A stretch of 64,000 bases of DNA from Tubulanus polymorphus (Eukaryota; Animalia; Nemertea), in NCBI RefSeq assembly GCF_964204645.1, contig NC_134025.1, positions 19,257,101 through 19,321,100 on the forward strand, read 5' to 3'. This document shows positions 58,907-64,000 of this stretch, piece by piece (position 1 is the stretch's first letter; each line of letters begins with the position of its first letter). Position numbers and translations under genes: made by a program. The notes under the pieces are model-generated. The model made no database searches, had not been told where the DNA came from, and was given only the letters and a program-made list of their open reading frames with translations.

Positions 58907-61540
58907 CATTACAAAACAAACTTTCATTCTAGAAAAGCAATATTGATTAAATTCTTACAAGAAATATTAATCAAATCTATGTTTGATATATTCATGAAAA
59001 GATTTTTCAAAGGTTCCACTATATATGTACATATCCAACACACTGAACTTGGGGAGACTAGTTTCAATCATGACACAATATGTCCATAAAGGAAATTCCA
59101 ACTTCCCACTGCCACAGTCACAGTAATATGTAATTCAGTCCCATTTACAAGTACGGAAATGAGTCCAATGAAGATGCTGGCAATCATCAAATATCAAGAC
59201 TAATACACATGTTCTTAAAACCAATGGGGTACCGGCAACGCTACTTTGGAAAGCGGAATTCCACCATAATCCGCCAGGTTCGCTAGTGTACGATACGACA
59301 TCGACACTGGATTTCTTCTCAAACTCAATTAAAATCTCACGATAATTTCTCAAACTCTATGCATGATATATGAAAATCGTGGCACATATGAACTCTAAAG
59401 ACTAATAAGAGTTTATTTCGAAGCGTGATTTGCCCAATTTTTGGATTGGGAGACCAAAAATTGGGATCAAAGTTACTTGAAAATGAACTAATTTTGGTCG
59501 AGCGCGTCTGATATCTCAGTGGCGCAATCTGACGGGATAGCTGGTGTGCCGGCTTCCCATTGATATTTTCCTGAAAAAAAAAACTTTTATCACAGATGAC
59601 TTAGATGGCCCCTAATTGCGTAAAAAGTTAGTGATCGAAAGATTTAGGTACATTTATATGCACATTTAGTGAACAACGGAATAGCAATACATTGTGGACA
59701 CTTGTCATAGATCAATGTGGGGTGGAATATTCACCTGTGATTTTCAAAAGGGCATTTGGTCAGAAGGGGGGTTGGACACCCAGAACCCCCTTTGGGTCTA
59801 AGACTGTGAATGGAGTGAAAAAATATGCCTAGGTACCAATATAGGCTATATGGAAATACCATGAAACCAATTTTTTATTTTATTTCACTCAAAAATTGTT
59901 TGTCATTCGTTTCTTAACCGTTTGCTCTACGCGGGATTAAGCTCAAAATCAATGAGGTGTATGATGTTTCCATAACGTCATAGACACATCAGGTGCCCCT
60001 CGTATGACGTTTTCAAAGTTTCATGAGCTTCAATTCTGCAATCAAATGCAGTTGCAAAACATGCATATGTACCAATATAAATGGAAATTGTATAATTCAA
60101 CACTTAACACAATGATTGCAAAACCATAAGATGTTATATGGTCCCGTATACCAAGCGATTCCAGCACCTGTTTCTGATTTTTTTTTCATGCATAGAGTTT
60201 CCCTTGGCATTGCTAACATATACAACATAGATCGATTTAGGGGAAAACCCAGTTGATAATATATATGTTTTAGCATATTGAATGAACTGAAAATTTATGT
60301 ATCTTCATATATATTGCAAGTGTGATCAAAATCTACCAGTAGGGGGTTTATCACATTACCGCACGTGCCATGGGCTTTTAAAATGCATGGATAACCAACT
60401 ACAACAGACTCCTCTCTATTCAGATCATTTGGATTTTACACCATTAAAATGTGTCCAACTTGAGTAATTAATATCCAACTTGGATGTTATTTATTTCTTA
60501 CATCGTGTCACAAATAATATTTCAACAAACATTTGAGTTGATAGGATCTGACTTAAACGAGGCTAATGTTAGAAGTTCACTGTACTACTCTGCTATCGGA
60601 TCTAGTCAGATAACGTGTCAAAACGGACAAATTTTTAATACATTTCCTAAACTAAGCTCTTATACCATACAAAAATCAGCATCCAAGTCTGAATTGCAAC
60701 CAACTCAAATTTCTCCATCATATTCGTTTGGAGATCCGACTTGATGCTACTGTTTGTGCATAAGTGTTGGCAAATTTCTGTACACTTCCAACAGGTATAT
60801 ATATGTGGCTGGCAGTGAACCCAATTCCATGTGAGATGTATCCTATGACAGTGCTGAAAAATCTCAAATATCATCACTATTATTTAGAACCTGTTTACAT
60901 TTCAACTATAACAACCAGTCAGCCATCTTGAATCTGATCGGCCAAGTATTTGGGCTGCAGATGAGTTTTAGTAAGAAGGTATCACATGTACATGTATAAA
61001 CAAAATATCAAGACAATCCATTGAAGCACCTTCAAAACTTCCCAAAATAACTGGATTCCATCCTACGGGTAGAAAGAAAGTGAATAAAATAGCGCCCCTC
61101 AGAAAGCTGCCAATGTACCATTATCAGGTTTGTAGTTTGTAGTGATCACAATTGGGTACCAATTATAAATCACATTAATTTCCAGCTCATATATTTTTGC
61201 CCACAATCCCCGATAAAAAATGAACAAAACCCACTTAATGCAGATAAAAATCGTGAGTATATATGCAGATAAAATTTCTGATGTTTGTAGTCCATCTATC
61301 AGTTCATTATTCATCAAAGATGTATCAGAATGCAGAACTTGGACGATAAATAATTGCAAGAACGGTGACAAAGCATTGAATATCTGGCTGCCAGTTAATA
61401 CCTGCGTCAATTGGTGAGAATAATTTAGAGGTTGAAAACCCTATTCCACAGATAAAAGCAAAGCCGTCCAAAGTAACAAAATTTGATAGTCCTGATATTA
61501 CACTGACATTTCTTGATAACTTAACAACTCATTAGTATTT

Positions 61541-61857
61541 GAGCCAGCGGTGTGGCCGAGTGGTTAGAACGTTCGACTCTGGGAAGTGAGGTCGTGGGTA
61601 CGAATCCTGTACATTACGGTAGTGTCCTCTGGCAAGACACTTATCCTCCTTGCCTCTCTCTTCCCAGGAGTGGGTACCTGGCCTGATAGATGACTCCTAC
61701 GCGGTTAGTAGCTGCTCAGATGTTACTTCTCCCCAGGGAGAGATGACTGATACATGGAATAGAGTAATAGGCTGGGGGTAATAATACCAAGTTGGAGCAC
61801 ATCTGAACTCACTCAGGTTAGCAAACCTGCGCTATATAAATGTCAATTATTATTATC
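61541..61857 (+). mobile_element. tRNA-derived SINE (Deu/Nin-domain-like, L2-type tail)
   Basis: A box TGGCCGAGTGG, B box GGTACGAATCC, core GTGTCCTCTGGCAAGACACTT...CCCAGGAGT, tail GCGCTATATAAAT...(ATT)n. Confidence 0.85.
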
Positions 61858-62299
61858 AATACTCTAACCAACTTTTGAGTAACTGGCCCCTGGTGTGTAT
61901 CAAAGAAAAAATAAGATAGATTCCTCACATATTAAAGCAAACATGAATGTCTATATCTGGTTAATTTGTTGGGAACTTCACATAGAACAGACAGCAGGCT
62001 GAACATACAATCTAGGGGTACTAATAGATCTGAAATTACATGAATATTAACCTCAATGTAATTTTAAATGCAATCTTGCTGATTTATTGCCAGAGATTAC
62101 AACGGGAGATGAAATGCTCATCAGACAAATTGTATAAAACGAAGGGCAGGATTGGATCAGAAAAATACAACAAGAGTTCCATCATTTCTTTCAGCTTTAA
62201 CAGATTCACATCAGTTAACTGTTGTAAGATGAGTTTTATCACATTTTCAATTCGATTTGAAAAAAGTTTTTCCTTCCATCAGTTATCACGGTTTTTTCA

Positions 62300-62459
62300 C
62301 TAGGCCATAAACACCACAAATATTATGAAGAATACTATCAGTACACCAAATATCTTGATCATTAACCATCGATTTGATGTCACCGATTGAAAATATTTCA
62401 GGATTTCACCATGTGCTGCTTCAACATTCATCTGAGCATCATCAACATTTGAGTCGATT
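62300..62459 (-). CDS. STX5: Syntaxin-5, last coding exon (end of SNARE motif plus TM anchor)
   Basis: TTTTTTACAG acceptor, then IDSNVDDAQMNVEAAHGEILKYFQSVTSNRWLMIKIFGVLIVFFIIFVVFMA*. Confidence 0.95.
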
Positions 62460-62509
62460 CTGTAAAAAAGAAACTCTGCTAGCATTAGGTGGTCGAATAA
62501 TCAAAAAGG

Positions 62510-64000
62510 AACTAGGGGTCGAGGGACACCATGCCCACTTGGAATGTGCTATCAAATGCTCAACAATCTAACAACTCATATTCAACACCCCTGGTGACCA
62601 TATACTGAAATCAATGACCTTGAATCTTATTCTACGAATCAACGCCCCCTGGTGACTCTTGAAACTCACCACAATCATATAACATGCCTTATGCTACAAT
62701 TTTGCAATTGATTGCTGTAACACACTATTCCCAGGAAATATGCCGAGGTACCAATATAATATGGAAATACTTAGTTATTGTACTATTCAACGCCCCCTGG
62801 TGGCCATATAAAACTAGGGGTCCAGGGACACCATACCCAATTGAGAAGTGGTTTCAGTTGCTCAACAATATACAAAATATGTAAAGGCACGAATATAATA
62901 TAGAAATACTAAGTTATTGTATTATTCAGCGCCCCCTGTGGCCATGTACAAAAACCAATGACCTTGAAACTCACCAAAATCATAGAACACGTTATGAGCT
63001 ACAACTTTCCAATTGATTGTGGTAAAAAATATGCTTAGGTATCAATGTAATGTGGAAAAACGTTTTTCCACCTACGAATGAGTACTGACGACACCAAGAT
63101 GGCTGCCAATTGCGTCATAATTGGCTGATCAAAAATACCAGTCTCAGGTATAAAAGATCCCTTACCAAAGAATACCCATCACTAATTGCAATGAAAAATG
63201 GCAAACCAGTAGGAAGCTACAGGATTCAGAATTCAGGCAAAAATTGACATTTTTGGGCGCCAAAAAGGTCCTAGACAGCTATCTTGAGTTCAATTGACCC
63301 AATTATCCTTATGCTGATGAGCCCTTGGGGAATTCAAATATATCCCAACGATCAAGATGATTTATCAATGCGTCTTCAAGATTTCCCTCCAAAATAAAGG
63401 ACCATGGGTCCAGTAGGATCAACTGAGTACGTTTTAGTTTTGAGCACAAAAATCGATTCGTTCTTGGATTTGCAATTACGTATAAACAGCTGATAACGAT
63501 GAAATAAATCATCATGGTGCACTGTGTAGTAAGCATGTTCAACTTAGTTGATATACATGGTACTGGGTTTTCCCTATGAGTCACAAGTACCTGGTAGAAC
63601 AGTTCTCTATAATGATGTCACTGGGAAAGCCCTTCTAGAGGGATTTCCAAGTGATGCCCTTCTGAAGGGCTTTCCCTGTGATGTCATAAAACTAGGTCAA
63701 GCATCAATTAGTAGAATCGGAAAAAATTTATTGAAATTGCACATTTTCTCCCAGTACTTCCAAACGGCTTAGAGCTGATGGACGAAACCGGCCATATTAA
63801 TTCCACCATCCATTTTCCACCTATTGACAAAAATATCAGCTGTGCATATACAGTGGTTACAATTTGTGCCACAAAGAGCTAACAGAAACTAACTAGGGGT
63901 CCAGGGACACCATGCCCACTTGGGAAGTGGTTTCAAATGGTCAACAATCTAACAATTTCACTATTCAGGAAATACTAAGTTATTCTACTATTCAACGCCC
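62510..64000 (-). mobile_element. Cluster of HINE/Helentron copies in the STX5 intron
   Basis: Inverted homology to 14480-15270. Three 3' ends (CCCAAGTGGG subTIR, hairpin, CTAGTT) at ~62512, ~62812 and ~63891. Confidence 0.75.

Noticed and set aside
61541-61612. tRNA gene
   Set aside because: A and B boxes are present but there is no proper cloverleaf, and the sequence continues into a SINE core and tail.
58900-62290. Short ORFs downstream of STX5
   Set aside because: No motifs; consistent with 3' UTR/intergenic sequence and repeat fragments.

Overview
AT-rich eukaryotic DNA, most likely from an invertebrate, dominated by nested mobile elements. Two host genes are supported: a four-exon, ~500-aa secreted Ig-domain gene (17197-18981) and the last coding exon of syntaxin-5 (62300-62459, minus). 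The centrepiece is a ~15-17 kb decaying endogenous Polinton/adintovirus-type DNA virus (23264-~38410, probably to ~40440). It encodes pPolB, minor and major capsid proteins, an A32/FtsK packaging ATPase and an rve integrase with chromodomain. It is unusual in four ways: no recognisable adenain protease, a block of small membrane proteins, a ~395-bp fold-back left end, and two start-site motifs (poxvirus-late-like TAAATG on 11 of 14 starts; a TTTAATAAAAA motif on three non-structural genes). A giant-virus-type HNH gene lies next to it, and three further remnants of related viruses lie at 11.8-16.1 kb. Other elements: a BEL/Pao LTR retrotransposon carrying Merlin, MULE-like and MITE insertions; a Penelope insertion with a hammerhead ribozyme; a Tx1/L1 LINE; two IS3EU-type elements, one containing a 34-bp satellite; Helentron-type HINEs; elements with 9-bp TSDs; and a tRNA-derived SINE. 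All family assignments come from motif recognition by eye, not from database searches.
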